Below the pieces are notes generated by a model. It ran no database searches. It was not told the origin of the DNA and saw only the letters and a program-made list of their open reading frames with translations. 64,000 nt of DNA. Source: Amoebophrya sp. A120 (lineage: Eukaryota; Protista; Dinoflagellata). This document shows, in pieces, positions 35,939-47,401 of the stretch (the first letter of the stretch is position 1; each line of letters starts with the position of its first letter). The stretch spans positions 1,893,666 to 1,957,665 of the forward strand of contig CAJINV010000009.1 in the NCBI GenBank assembly GCA_905178155.1, given 5' to 3'. A program made the position numbers and the translations under genes.

Positions 35939-37074
35939 ACTGTTCGTGAGCCCGAATGTTTCAGCGAGCGCTTCGTTTCAGAAAATTGCTGCTGTCGCTT
36001 CGACGTCGATGCCCATGGATCGCTCCGAACGAAAGCGAACGCTCTGGTTGGAAGTCATGTTTTGCAACTAGCCGCTCCGCCACCGTCGATACTATTTCTA
36101 TTTACGAATGCCACTACGTTCTTCTAAATTTGGCCACTTCGCACACAGCAAGTTCACTTACCGAAGTCGCAACAACTGAAGAAATTGACTGAAAACTGTG
36201 AGCGAGGAATTGCGGTGAGTATAATGAGCAGAAAAGGCGATGCTTCCACCCACTTGCAATGCTACAAAACTTCACATAAACAGACAGCAACGACCTTCAG
36301 CCTCCTGTTCACTTCGGAGACATTCACTGATGTGGACGAAAAGATTTAGATTGGTGTGTCTGACAGGCGAAAGGTCAATGTTGACGTTGAGTCGCGGGCA
36401 CGGCGATCATACATGCGAACAAGAATCATTTTCACACTCTCAACTTCGCTTTGAATGCCCAGAATTCAAATGGCTTGATCCGTGGCGTTCTTGTCAATTT
36501 CGGACTGCGATCGCAATTCTGGAAAAAATTTAGATCGTCGAAGTCTCCGCTTGAAATGGAGATGAAAGAGATCCGTACACACAAAAAAATTCAAGGACCC
36601 GTCACCGACCACTGTACTTACCTGCGCGAAGATTTTGTGCCTCCGTCGCACTGTAAGCTAGCATCGCATAAGCTGCTAGCGGACTTGTCACGATTCTGAT
36701 CGGCATCATGAACACTGTCTCGAAGTATCGCGCAGCTCACTAAAATCGCTGCCACCCTCTCTCTAGCCCCTTTTTTCAACAACCATATCAGAAGCGTCTT
36801 ATCCGTTTTACAAGAGTCCAGCAGATGTTGCGTGTCGTCTCAGCAAACAATGAGTTCACGAAAGGTCAAGATGGCCGTGATGCTACAGTTAGAGATGTTG
36901 GCACCGGAGCCAGGCTCTACTACGAATAATCTCAAAGTTGTCTGATCGTAACACTTTCACTCTCGACATCTTCCCCGTAAGTTTCCGTGTGAAGTCCCAA
37001 ACTGTAGTTTCCGCAGGAATGATGGCGTGCGAGAAAAAACGCACGAAATTCCTTTGTCGAAATCGAAAACCGAT

Positions 37075-37868
37075 TTAGATGACGCCGATGCGGTTGGCGA
37101 CGTCCAGGGCGTCGTGGTCCGCGGTGAGGTGGACGTAGGCCCGCTTCGTGCCGTTCGGGCGGATCAAAGTGTTGATCTTTTGGCACTTAACCTCGTACAG
37201 AGACTGGACGGCCTCCTTGATCTGGCTCTTGGATGCCTTCACGTCGCAGACGAAGACCTGGGATTTGGAGTTGATTTAGATTTGGTACATTCATCAAGCT
37301 CCTTTATTGGTCGAAATCCTCGTCGTCTACCTCCACAAGCGGGCAGAGAGTTGTAATCTATTAGGTACAGCAGAGGACATGAGTTCTCACTCCACATGGA
37401 GCCCTAGTTCCTAGCCACTCGCATATTCAACGTGTACAAATCTCTCTCACGACAGCCTGAAATTCGAAAACTCTCAGCCACTATAAGAGGTATCTAAATC
37501 CCTCCCGTGAGGAATCGCCATGGGACAGCTATCAGTTGAAAAAAATTGCAAACCTAAACGTGCCTGAGCAGATCCTTCTAGATCATTCGTAAAGTGGTTG
37601 TAGTAAGCAAAAATACCAGGGTGTTGATCTCCTCGATCTTCTTCATGGCGGACTCCGTGGTGACCGGGCACTTCAGGATGCGGAACTTGTCCATCTTGTT
37701 CATGGAGTTCACGCTCTTCTTCGGGGCCTTCGGGGCGCGGGCCACGGACCGGGTCTTCGGGCGGAAGAAGTGCACATTGGTGCGGACCTTGCGGGACTTG
37801 GAAGCCTCGGAAGAAGTGACCTTCTTGGCCGTCTTCTTGGCCTGGGTGACCTTCTTAGTCGGAGCCAT
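37075..37868 (-). CDS. RPL23A: 60S ribosomal protein L23a (uL23), 144 aa; exons 37868-37617 and 37257-37075
   Basis: [31 protein letters not shown] and [33 protein letters not shown]; GT-AG intron 37616-37258. Confidence 0.97.
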
Positions 37869-38582
37869 TGTGTGCTAGTTTTGGGGTTCTTACGGATAAG
37901 ACTCAATTCCGATAATCGAGTGTCCCTGGGTGAAGAATTTAGAAATGCGAAAAGGAATGAGAAGGGTCGATAGATGACGAAATTTTGTAAGTTTCTCGCG
38001 AAGCAGATCGTCATTTTCTTGCTTTGCTTCTTCAAGCCCGAGCGGATCTTTAAATTGGCATTGCATCCCGATCTTTAAATTCGATTTACGATTTAGATTT
38101 TCACTCCGCATTCAGCAAGATCATGCATCGGTGATCTGTGGATCCAAAACTGCTGATCAGTCAGTGTTTTCTGACTACTTCTAGACAGAACCATCAATAG
38201 TTCGGAATTTCTTAGGAAGAGGATCTGCTTTTAGTTTAACTTTTACTTTAACCCAGACGACTCTCAGTAGAACTACTTTCGCAAGATCGTCTTTATCTTT
38301 CTGGTGGATCTTGAACTTGATCTAAATTTCACGTACAAGGATGATTTGATCTTGCAGGTGCCCCTGCAACATCTTTAAATTTTGGAGCTCAATCTCAACA
38401 CTCACCAAAACGCACACGTCCGTGTGCACTTTTTAGATGAAGAAAAAACGCCGCGCCACGGACGTGACTCTGCAAGAAAACGTCGCTCGAAACGCCATGC
38501 TCTACGTAGACAGTTGTCGAATCGTGTGAGCGCAACGCATCCTGTCGAATCGTGTGAGCGCCGCACCACGTTCTGGCTGTCT

Positions 38583-39956
38583 TTAATTCTCCTCCTGCTT
38601 CCAGGGATTCTTGTGTAGAGCGTGCACGAGATCATTCAAGTCATGATCCAACCACGCAAACGTATCTAAATTTGCATCTCCAGGCCTACTGCCGGATGTT
38701 GCACTGCCGTAGTATTCGTATCGGTGCTGCTTTAGAAAGTCGTAATCGTCAGGTATGTCTGTGTGATTATTCGATCGCATCAGCTGCTTTGGAAAGCGTG
38801 CATCTAAAACAACGAAGAGGCTGGACTCGACGCTCGCCTTCTTTAGGGATAGCGAATGAAATTTAGAAGGATACAACTCGTCGTCTTCGAGTACCGGTTT
38901 AATATCACCGCTCAAAGCTGCATCTTCCTGCTTGCCCCCTAATCCGATGCGTGCAGCTGCATCTTTAGGTCCAAAGTCCGCGTCACCATCTTGGAATCGA
39001 ATCCTGTCTTCTGTGGACAAGTTATCGAAAAAGTATCGGGTCCCCCGGTTTCGAACCTCTCGAATCATCCTCTTGGCCTTGAGCCTTTGAAACTCGTCGT
39101 CGCCTACTCTCAGAAACCCACGCACCAAGACGTTGAGAAAGTGCACGTCGTGGGCGCTCTTAGAATTCATCTTCGGGTTGTTCCTCGGAACGACCTTGCC
39201 CTCGTTCTCCGCCTCTCCCTCTACTCTTCGAAAGGAGGTGATGACAGCTCTGCGATTTAGATTTTGCAGGGCTGCAGGTGTCAAAGCCGCTCCCGAGGAG
39301 GTGCTAGCCGTAGATGAAGATGGAGCAGACCCTTGCAGTTCACTTTGCTTGGGGCCAGTATCAGTAAGAATCTCCTTCGTACTGGCGTTTTTGTTATCGT
39401 GCTGATTGTCGATGTCGTCTTTCCGCGCTTTTGCCTCTCCGCTCGCGACAAAAATGGCCGTTTCAGTGGCCAGACCCAACAGCTCCCGCTCCTCCAAATC
39501 GAGGTGCAGGTGCGAAGATTCCGCACCAGCAAGCCTTGTGCCGAGCATGCTACCGCCCGAAATCGTGCTTCCGTGCGGAGACGCCAGACGCATCAAAACG
39601 GTGAAATGCACGTTCCTGATGTGCCAACGCCGGGGAAAGCCGCTCTCCGGGTCGATGATATCCAATTGCAGGAAATCCAAAACCTCCGACGGGTACGGGA
39701 AGAACACACGCAGCAGCAATGTGGCAATCAGTGCAGTTCCGATGCCCTTGCCTATGAGCAACGGCATGGACGCTGGTGGTTTCTGCCGTCGCGGTCGCAA
39801 GGGGACAACGGGCCCCGGGCGCCGCGCATTTGAGAACGAAGTTTCGGCCACGGAAGGGTTCGTAGGCTGCTGCGCTACACTGTCGTCCAATAAGGGTGGT
39901 GAACCGCTGTCGTGGTCGTGCAGTCTTTGCGGGCCCCCTTCGTCTACTTGCCGCAT
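38583..39956 (-). CDS. Hypothetical protein with one predicted TM segment
   Basis: 457-aa ORF; hydrophobic IGTALIATLLLRVFF. Confidence 0.65.
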   Translation of the reverse strand: MRQVDEGGPQRLHDHDSGSPPLLDDSVAQQPTNPSVAETSFSNARRPGPVVPLRPRRQKPPASMPLLIGKGIGTALIATLLLRVFFPYPSEVLDFLQLDIIDPESGFPRRWHIRNVHFTVLMRLASPHGSTISGGSMLGTRLAGAESSHLHLDLEERELLGLATETAIFVASGEAKARKDDIDNQHDNKNASTKEILTDTGPKQSELQGSAPSSSTASTSSGAALTPAALQNLNRRAVITSFRRVEGEAENEGKVVPRNNPKMNSKSAHDVHFLNVLVRGFLRVGDDEFQRLKAKRMIREVRNRGTRYFFDNLSTEDRIRFQDGDADFGPKDAAARIGLGGKQEDAALSGDIKPVLEDDELYPSKFHSLSLKKASVESSLFVVLDARFPKQLMRSNNHTDIPDDYDFLKQHRYEYYGSATSGSRPGDANLDTFAWLDHDLNDLVHALHKNPWKQEEN

Positions 39957-40360
39957 GTGTGTTTTGTAAGTGCTACATGAGTGAAATTCAAGTCCTGCTT
40001 GCGGAAGCGGAGCGGGGCGTGGCGTTCATCTCTGCATCTATTTTTATTGAATGCAGCCGATGATGATGCACGGCTTCGTTGCCCGTCAACTTGACATACA
40101 GTGGCGGAATCATACGTTGTGTGTTTACTTCTCTCGTGAGTCCCCTCGAAAAAGAGCCGACATCAACTAGAACAAACTTACTTGGGCACAAGTAGGATGG
40201 AAAAGACACAGAGGTGGAACAACGTCACAACGCATCCGTAACTGTGCGTTCTTTTGAAAAGATGCGAACCGATGATGATGCGAGCCTACAACATCTGTAG
40301 TGGTCAGTCATCTACTGGCGAGAGACTATGTTCCGCAGTGTCACGACATGTTCGTGTCCG

Positions 40361-42014
40361 CTAGTGCCACGGCGCTGATGGAGAGGCGATCTTACTCTTC
40401 TCAGGCCACGTGACATTCATTCCATGCGCAAATTCATTCCCTGACTTTTTTGCTTGAGCAACGTTTCCAGTCACACCGATAGCGATACCTCGCAGTAAGG
40501 CGCTTGCCTTTCGAAGTTGCTCGCTTCGCGACATTGACTTAAAGTCAATGTAATACGGTGCCTGTACTAGTTGTCTGCCTTTCGATCGCGAGTGAAGCGG
40601 ACTACAGCTTGGAGAATAGACAGTCATGCGGTACTTCCACAGTGACGGCGCCCCATCCTCCGTGCGGCTTTTTCTCTTTGTCAAGTGCACAAAATCTGCC
40701 GGAAAAATGAAGACTCCGCGGAAACGGAAGCTAGAGGCTTGGCGACGAGCGACATGATCGTCATTCTGCTCATTCTCGACATCAACCGTTTCTAAACAAG
40801 CATCGACTTCGTCGACGGTCTCCTCGGGAATACCACAAACGTATCGCTGGACTTTGGTTCCGGTGCAACCGGATGCGCGTCGCCTCCTGTAAGTACCCTC
40901 CACCACTACTACTGTGCATATCAAAAATGTATCCTGCACGAGCCGGGCAGTCCGTGTAGATCCTCGTTGCGACGCGCTGCAAACAGCAAACGCCATTCAG
41001 TCGCACGTTGCCGTCAACATTTGTGTCCACAAGACTCCCAGTGTCCGCTTTGATGCCAAGTGGAACGTACAGGAGTCGGTTTAGAGTTTCGCTGAAAGCC
41101 AAATGCCTCTGCTCGCGCGAAGACAACGACGAGAGGCAAGCGACCCACTCTGCGTGTTTGCGTCTCCTCAAAGTGCTCCACCAGGCTGCAAAGGTAGTCC
41201 GCAGCATCTCTTTCGAGGTGAATTGTAGATCTTTCAAAATGACGCTGCGTGTCTTGTGTCCCTTGATTTGGAACTCGCCTGGACGGCCGAGCATAAACTT
41301 TCCCGACTCGTCGCACAAAAAGACAAAGCCGACGTCGTCACGTAGCGACACCCGACTAAACAAGTATCTGTTCCGCAACACCGCACGTCTTTTGAAGCTT
41401 TCGCAGCCGGAGAACTTCAGCTGAACAGCTATCCACCTGTCTTCGTAATACGCTGTGAACTTGGTCCCGTCCTCGTCTTCATCTCCACACTTTTCTCTCC
41501 GAGAGGTGTTTCCCTTTGTCGCCGTCTCGTGTGTCTGGTCGCCATGGGGATGGCGTGAATCTACTTGATGGCTCGTCGGAATCATTTTCCGAAAAAGGAA
41601 GAATGATGATTTTTGTCGAGCGATCATTTGTGCCTGGTACTCTGGGAGCGCATCTTGCAGAATCGCAAAGAAATGCCCCTGCGCCTCCCGTGTTCGACGT
41701 ATTGCATCCCACCGAAGTGCAGCAAATTTGGGGCAAACATTGTACACGCGAGGGCTGGCGGGATCGAACTTTGACAGAGGGTAGCTGCAGAAATCGGGGT
41801 AGCTTTTCCACCCTCTTCCGCGATAAACCGAATGCGGATTCGAAGGAATGAAAGAAGGCCGAGAAGGGGACCGACTCCAATCCTTGAACTCTGCAGCGCT
41901 GCGAATGAGAGCAACTGTCTCCCGCATGTACTTCTTCGCCTCCTCGAACGGCAAAAAGAGCGCTCGCCGGCGTCCATACGACGGCCTGTGAACCGCACGG
42001 GCCTGAGAAGCCAT
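40361..42014 (-). CDS. Protein with an integrase-repeat-like domain; frame break near 40890 (micro-intron, frameshift or pseudogene)
   Basis: FLPFEEAKKYMRE...EFKDWS...RPSFIPSNPHSVYRGRGWKSYPDF resembles the integrase repeat unit. The coding-like C-terminus (YVCGIPEE...FRGVFIFP...APYYIDF) is in a different frame. Confidence 0.6.
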
Positions 42015-42512
42015 TGCTTTTGGTGTTAAATCTATCAGTATCAAGAAACAATAAACAGATTGATAGCGAGCGAAGCTTTGGTTGTACGCATGGGCCTGCA
42101 ACACTCGGTGACCAAGCACCACCTGGGGCTCCTTGTCTCTTTTTCCTTGAGCTACTTGTGCAACGTCCACCTTGCCACGCGCACGCCACTTGTTTCTCTG
42201 CTAAAGACACAACTCTTCTGAATCGCATAAAAACCCGGACAAGCTCTCGGACCAGTTTTCTCAAATTCCAAACCCTATGAATGTCCCTCAACATCACTCT
42301 CTCCTAAAGGAACTATCAGCCAGGCGCTCCCGTCTGAAGAATCTTGAGAGGCGAAGATGAGAGCAGGTTCTGTTCCTACACTACACGGCTTCCACATACA
42401 TCTCGTCGTGTGTTCAAAGGCAAACAGGAGCTCAGGGTCAATCACCATGAGGCAAGTTTTCTTCATGTGGAGCGAAAAAAGCGATGAAAAACATATCTTT
42501 TCTCTGCTTTTT

Positions 42513-42603
42513 TCGACATGATGAGGCGCTGGCGCACTGCTCGTTTTCTTGTCGCTAGAGATGACTCGACATGATGAGGCGCACTACTCGACATGACGAG
42601 GCT
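42513..42603 (+). repeat. Three short imperfect direct repeats TCGACATGAYGAGGC
   Basis: Three copies visible in intergenic DNA. Confidence 0.6.
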
Positions 42604-42736
42604 CTGTGTCGCCAGCAGGTAATCTCACACACCCTCAGTCGAGTGAGCTCTATCTGGAACAACAACAAGTATCCGGGAGCGCTCCTGTAGAGATAAAGGT
42701 GGCTTCTTTCATCTGACGGCACAAGCTGTCGAAGGC

Positions 42737-45700
42737 TTATGTGTCGCGAGACGCTGGCGCTGGTGGAGACCCATTTTTCACGTAATCTAATTTTGTTGTC
42801 CCGGAATCCGGATCCGGAGCGGCATGGGAAGTGCGAATGAGCGAACGGGTGTCGAGCTGAGGCGACAATCTCAGCGAATTCATTTTCTGAAATTCTTGCT
42901 CGAGCAACGTTGTAATCCCGCTCATATGCCGTTCGTCATGATTACCGCCACCGGGAGCCTGTTCCATTATTGCACTACTTTTGCATGCGTCAGGCCCTGA
43001 TTGTTGGGCAATCGACGTCTCGAAAATTTGTAATCGAGCGTTAGCCGATTGCGATGCAGCAGTATGTGGTGATGTACATCGAAGGAGGACGTTGTCCGGT
43101 GCCTGCTCGTCTTCCGCTGCTGGTCCTGCTTCACTATCACTAGAATCAATTACGTCGTCCGGGCTGTCGCGACGTTTCGTCAAACTCACGGGGAATTCTG
43201 GAAGCGAAGGAGGCGGCCTGCACCTTAGCTCGGGGTGTTGCTCGACCACTTGCGGTAAAGCTACTTGTGGGTCCAATATTGGGCCTAAAAACCTCCGCTC
43301 CCCGCCAGCAAGACGAAATTCGGCAGCAACAAGACTTGTCGTCCCAATAGCTGCGTCTGCATCCTCTTGCTGTTCACTCCTCGCATCGGCGTCGGCATTT
43401 TTCAGCGCTTGTTGCGCACCTCTGATCTTCGATTTCTGCTCCTGACCCTGCCCCATTCCGCCAGCATCCTCCGCGGCAGCGGGTCGTCCTTCTTCTAGAG
43501 CATTTCCGCCGCTGCTCTCACTCTTGGCTACAGCTGCAACTTGTTGTACAGGTGGACCAGTTCCAGTTACCAAGTTACATGCATCTCTTGTCAGCGCTGC
43601 CGAATGAAGAATCGGGACGATGGCTTCATCAACAACTTCGCCCTCGGTCACTTGCGATGTGTCTTCGGGGACGGGTTCTGGCTCGCCTAAACAAATGAGG
43701 CCAGTACTCAGGCTCTGAGGAACTTCTACTTGGCCAGCGCGTGGTGGTGGTGCACTGTGAGCTGTATTCCCGAGGATCAAGCTGCAGATGTTCCTTCGAT
43801 CGCCGAGCGAGTTCTGAGGAGAAACGTCGGCATCTCGCAGAATCGGATTCGTCTTATCGACCTCACCTGAACGTGTAGTTGACACAGCGTCTGTATCCGG
43901 ACGATCCAGTCCTGCATCGGGTTCGGGACCACAAGCAGTCCCAGCTGGTACACAGGTGCAGGTCACAAGAACCTCCGTAGGCATTAGCCTTTCATCCGGA
44001 CGAGGCTGCTGCTGCAGCTGCTCCTCCACCTGCAGATTGTGTTTTGTGCCATTGGTTTCTCCGAACGCAAAGCTCTCTCCGACACTGCTGTCCTCCCCCT
44101 CTAGAGGACAACTCTGACTGGTTTCGGAACGACGTGTCATTGCGGAATCATGGTGCTGATGCTGCGGCGACACTGCGCCCGAAGGAAAGAGCATGCTACG
44201 CCCTTGATCCAGGGGGGCCTTGGTTCTCGATCGCGAATGTGCTCGTGTCGAGCTCGAGCTGGCGCTTGACGAGGAAGCTACTTTTAATAACATCGGCCCG
44301 TTGTTGTTCGTTATTTTGGTGCCTGCCAAGCTTGTCCTGGCGCTTCTGCCCGACTGACCCGGTGTGGGGCCGACGGCCATCCGACTTGCTGAAGCCGTCG
44401 GCGTTGCTCTTCCGCTAGTTACGCAAGAGCTCCTTGTGGTAGTGGAAGATGCAGGCAGTCTGATTTGCGGGCGCATCTTTGCAGCCATCTGTACGGGTCG
44501 CGGAGGCAAATAGCGCTGAGCTGAGGCCGTGGTCGCTTCTGTGGATGCCGTCTTGGTACTACACGCGACGTGCTGCTTTGCGGTTTTGGCAAGTCCCTGC
44601 TCCATAATCTCTCGGCATCCTCCACCGGGCCCTCGAGCAGAGGGAACAAGCGAGGGCGCTCTTGTCGAAGCAGCACTTCTAGCGAAAGACGTCGTCAAGG
44701 AACAGATTCTGTGCGATGATGTTGACGCGGATGAAGATCCTGTTCCTCCAGCACCATTTGAGCCGGAAAGAAGATGGCGGCCGATCGCCGCGGTCGAGAC
44801 CCCAGTTGGAGGCTGAGCGGTTCTCGGAGGCCCAGAGCCTGACGATGTTGAAGGTGCAGCGCCACGTCGATCACGATGGCGCGTGGACAAGCTCCCCGCA
44901 CGGGTGCCGGGACGGGAAGCTGAGAAAACCGACGCGCCGCTCGTGCTTGGCAAAGATGTGCGAGCTGAAATGACGCGAGCAGATGGACACTGGTGCTGGT
45001 GAGTAGAAGATGAAGGGGGCTGCCCAGCAGCGTAGTTTCGTGGTGGTGCTGGTGGTGGTGCAGCTGCAGCTGCCGCACGAGTAGAAACATATGTATTACC
45101 GCGGTCCGTCAGCAGTCTTCCGCGACCGCCGGTACTCGGAAATGACAATGGGAAAATGCAGGACTGCTCTTGCCCGGTGGGGTGCTCGACTGTAGCAGCA
45201 TCTATTCGGTTGGTCAAATTATCAGAGTCACCTCCGACATTGAGTGCTTGTTTCATTCCCATTGCACGACCCGGCGAAGTACTACAACTATTCGTCGCAG
45301 ATGACGTTAGTCTCGGAGCAGCAGTTCCTCCGTCCTGCTTCATCGCCCTCGCTCGCATCAACGTCGCACAGCTCACGTTTCGAAGTAGTGCGTGAAAGCA
45401 GCGCAGCAACAGCTGCCGACTCCTTCGGCTGACATGCGCACGTGCGAGAAAAACTGCCCGTCTTTTTTGCACCAGCTGCGCTTTTTTGTTGTCCAAAAGA
45501 AGTTTATCTTCACAGCCTCCATTTCTAGACGCGAGCGCCACGTCGTGCCATTCGCGCACGAATGTCCGCATTCGTTCCCGTTGCGTTTTCTTTGCCGACC
45601 GCTGAAGAAGAGTTCGAGTGAGGTGTCCCAGTTTGCGGATTTCTTGAAACGCGACTCGCAGCCGAAGTTCATCCGGGATCTTGTTACGTTCGGAAGAAAC

Positions 45701-46375
45701 GGCGCGCAGCCACGTGAAGAGCGTGCGCCGCTGGAGTATCTTCTTTTCATAGTGGGACTGCAAGCTTTGGAGAACAGCGTCCGGCACTCCTTGTTGAGCT
45801 GAAGCTCCACCAGACAGCTGAACTCCTGTTGCTTGATGTTGCCGCTGAAGCTGATGCTCTACGTTGTTCCGATCTACTTCACCAGTGCTAGCACCAGCTT
45901 CGATGTCGTGAGTTTCGTACGCCAATCCTGTAAAGAAGCGCTCGACTTGGTCACTGTCGTTTCCCTCCACTCGGATCCCTGCAGATGATGATCTGGAGCT
46001 CGTGAAAGCACGACGCCCCAACATGCAATCCCCCACCTCTCCTGTCCTGCATGGTGGAGCGAAGGGATGCAGTGACCGAGAAGGAAGCAGCGCTTTAACT
46101 GTAATTTCATCTGGGGGATAAACTCGCTGCGGTGCTGTGCTTCTTGAGCTGCCTGTGTCGGTCGTCGATGACAAATCTGAATCACGCAAGCGGAATATAT
46201 CCGTTTCTTCTGTTGCCGATGCGACACTCACGGCAAAGCTAGTGGCTGCGAGAAAGGCGCCCTGATTTGGCAACGACCAGTGCTGATGACCTACTGCTCC
46301 ATCTGGTCGCATTTCCGGCGTCTTCTCTTCGTCCTCGTCCATAGACGCACCCGTATCCGATCGCACAAAATTCAT
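42737..46375 (-). CDS. Large hypothetical low-complexity protein
   Basis: 1212-aa uninterrupted ORF with a basic helical block and S/T/P-rich regions. Confidence 0.7.
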   Translation of the reverse strand: MNFVRSDTGASMDEDEEKTPEMRPDGAVGHQHWSLPNQGAFLAATSFAVSVASATEETDIFRLRDSDLSSTTDTGSSRSTAPQRVYPPDEITVKALLPSRSLHPFAPPCRTGEVGDCMLGRRAFTSSRSSSAGIRVEGNDSDQVERFFTGLAYETHDIEAGASTGEVDRNNVEHQLQRQHQATGVQLSGGASAQQGVPDAVLQSLQSHYEKKILQRRTLFTWLRAVSSERNKIPDELRLRVAFQEIRKLGHLTRTLLQRSAKKTQRERMRTFVREWHDVALASRNGGCEDKLLLDNKKAQLVQKRRAVFLARAHVSRRSRQLLLRCFHALLRNVSCATLMRARAMKQDGGTAAPRLTSSATNSCSTSPGRAMGMKQALNVGGDSDNLTNRIDAATVEHPTGQEQSCIFPLSFPSTGGRGRLLTDRGNTYVSTRAAAAAAPPPAPPRNYAAGQPPSSSTHQHQCPSARVISARTSLPSTSGASVFSASRPGTRAGSLSTRHRDRRGAAPSTSSGSGPPRTAQPPTGVSTAAIGRHLLSGSNGAGGTGSSSASTSSHRICSLTTSFARSAASTRAPSLVPSARGPGGGCREIMEQGLAKTAKQHVACSTKTASTEATTASAQRYLPPRPVQMAAKMRPQIRLPASSTTTRSSCVTSGRATPTASASRMAVGPTPGQSGRSARTSLAGTKITNNNGPMLLKVASSSSASSSSTRAHSRSRTKAPLDQGRSMLFPSGAVSPQHQHHDSAMTRRSETSQSCPLEGEDSSVGESFAFGETNGTKHNLQVEEQLQQQPRPDERLMPTEVLVTCTCVPAGTACGPEPDAGLDRPDTDAVSTTRSGEVDKTNPILRDADVSPQNSLGDRRNICSLILGNTAHSAPPPRAGQVEVPQSLSTGLICLGEPEPVPEDTSQVTEGEVVDEAIVPILHSAALTRDACNLVTGTGPPVQQVAAVAKSESSGGNALEEGRPAAAEDAGGMGQGQEQKSKIRGAQQALKNADADARSEQQEDADAAIGTTSLVAAEFRLAGGERRFLGPILDPQVALPQVVEQHPELRCRPPPSLPEFPVSLTKRRDSPDDVIDSSDSEAGPAAEDEQAPDNVLLRCTSPHTAASQSANARLQIFETSIAQQSGPDACKSSAIMEQAPGGGNHDERHMSGITTLLEQEFQKMNSLRLSPQLDTRSLIRTSHAAPDPDSGTTKLDYVKNGSPPAPASRDT

Positions 46376-47401
46376 TCTGTGTCTGTTCCCTTAAGCCTAG
46401 TACGACGAACGGCTTCGTTTGTCGGGGCGTTGCGTCAACAGCAACAGCGAGGAGGAATGTTGAGACTATTCTGAGATAAACAAGATGCTCACGACTACCT
46501 TCTACACCTTCTATAACCAGGACTTGAAAGAATAAATGGAATGCTGTAGGTGGAGCTCATCTCGTTGTCCCATACGAGTACTACGGACACAAAGTGATTA
46601 TGATTTAAATCTGTTCGACTCTACGGACACAAAGTAAACCGCAAAATGACAAGTCAGATCCGTACGGCGAAATGGAAATTGTTTTGTCCTTCTTGAAGAA
46701 AATGCGACAACGAGGAATTCACGACAGCAGTTGCGGACCACACCGAGTGGTAGGCAGCAGTTTGTTGGTTCATTGCTGCAAAAATTGAAGCTAGTAGAAG
46801 GAACTAAAACGAAAACATCTCGCACGTGCAAGGTACCGCCGCAGCTGAAAAGCAGGAACATCTCGATCTTTATCTTAACCCAGTGCGCATGTGCAACACT
46901 CGTCGCCACGAGAGAAGACCAAATTCGCGTTCGTCCCGGTGGTGCAGTGCTGGTAAAGATGATATCATCTTTCAGATCGAGATCGTGGTCGATGATGCGA
47001 AGTTTTGTGTTGAGGTAACATCGTGCCAGCAATACGCTGGCACGAGCGAAAATGGAAGTAACCGGCGAGCTGCTTGTCCTGTGCAAATGCCCGCAAAAGC
47101 GCAACATCAAGCCCGCGCGCGAGAAACGAAGACAAAAAAAGTTCAATAGTTTATCGAAACTTCATCTCGACTAGCTAAGAGATAATTGTCGTTAGATTTT
47201 TTAGAACCAAACTAACAATAAGTGCGTCTTTCTGTGATGTGCTCAATCATAAGGCGCGTTTCAATGGTGCAATCTGGGAAAAAGTACCGCGAAAGATAAG
47301 GGTCCAGATTTTGTTTCCACGACTCCTAGGGCCCTCTAATAGTACCTCCGATTGTCGCTGATCATATTCGACGACCTTGAAACATTTTTCAGATTCGAGC
47401 T

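Noticed and set aside
37258-37616. Intronic snoRNA in RPL23A
   Set aside because: The only C-box-like TGATGA is near the intron 3' end with no downstream CTGA D box.
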